Shown: one piece after another, positions 63,126 to 64,000 of the stretch
How positions within the stretch are numbered: the first letter of the stretch is position 1
Layout: every line of letters starts with the position of its first letter
Assembly (NCBI GenBank): GCA_030704615.1
Contig: CM060733.1
Coordinates: 7,006,001-7,070,000, forward strand
Source of the DNA: Takakia lepidozioides
Taxonomy: Eukaryota > Plantae > Bryophyta
Direction: 5' to 3'
Length of the DNA stretch: 64,000 nt
The notes under the pieces: generated by a model
What the model was told of the DNA's origin: nothing
Seen by the model: the letters and a program-made list of their open reading frames with translations, nothing else
Database searches by the model: none
Position numbers and translations under genes: made by a program

Positions 63126-64000
63126 TGTAACCCCCTCTCAGCTTTTCATCTTAACACTTCTAATCCATGTCTTATTACCTTCAGTTACTTCACTGCGTAC
63201 AGGATTCCAGATCCGTTGCATTGCAGCATTTCTACACAGGTAGGGACTGCTACTAAGTAACTACATAGCCTGCAGTTGTAATGGCCAGCTCCCGGCCTCT
63301 CACGAACTTGTCAGTACTGAGGTGCAAATGTGAGCTTCATCAACCATTCCGAAAGCAAGGATCAACAAACTATCCAAGTCAAAGTCACTTTCTCCTTGGA
63401 TAAGTCTAAAGATTCGATCTTGGATTAATTTCGAGTCACAGCTGACTGTGCGAGACAATGTCTGCAACCCACTTGCCGCGTCACGACGTATTTCTCTTCA
63501 AACCTCCCTGTCGTCTCTCTTCCTACCCACCCCTGCCGCACAAAATGTCGCCATTCTCATCACCCGATCTCTCTCCCAAACTTCTCCTTCCCGGATTGGA
63601 CTCCACCTTGTCAACCCAGACATGAACAACTTGCAAATCCAGCTCCACCGTCAATCACTGACAAGGCTCAATGCAACTACAGATTGAAAGCCCAAACAGA
63701 AGTTAGCTACTTAGGGCAGGCTCTTCACCTTCCCAGAGTTTGAAAGCCCCAAAACGGAGGGGGGGGGGGCGCGGTGAGTGGCTGTTATAACACGACTCTG
63801 TGCCCAGGTGTCCAAGTGCCATCATAGCAGGTAAGCACAAGACAAAAGCAACAGTTATCAAACGGTTGTGTAGAAACACTAGTTTATATGCATGCCACCC
63901 ATCAGTCTACTTGATATGTGGAATCCGACCACTGTAGTTCGGGCTATTTGGTTATTGGGTTTTCCTGCAGCCATGTCTATTGTGGAATCTGTAACCTCCC

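Overview
Eukaryotic nuclear DNA, very probably from a non-seed land plant (bryophyte, lycophyte or fern; inferred from the PLS-class PPR gene, plant GST-theta, GT37 fucosyltransferase and TE types). There are no CRISPR, rRNA or tRNA loci. Positions 1-12797 are a near-complete, minus-strand non-chromovirus Ty3/Gypsy LTR retrotransposon with extra 5' and 3' ORFs and minisatellite-bearing LTRs. Next come a receptor-kinase remnant and a non-autonomous Mutator-like element with a 9-bp TSD and internal palindromic repeats. The gene-rich remainder holds a spliced gene fusing OSB-type PDF ssDNA-binding motifs to a PLS-PPR array with an E domain and a decayed DYW domain (two LINE copies lie in its first intron), a cluster of three MITEs, LSM2, a two-exon plant COX4-like gene missed by the ORF track, a DUF1647-like type II membrane protein, GST-theta, a CACTA-like element, a conserved unknown plant protein, a frameshifted F-box/kelch-like gene and a xyloglucan fucosyltransferase. 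Best candidates for something new: (1) the PDF-PPR fusion, (2) a non-L1 LINE family without a poly(A) tail that inserts at CT-rich targets (five copies in this window), (3) the large extra ORF of the Gypsy element, (4) the DUF1647-like gene. All family assignments come from recognising motifs by eye; no searches were run.
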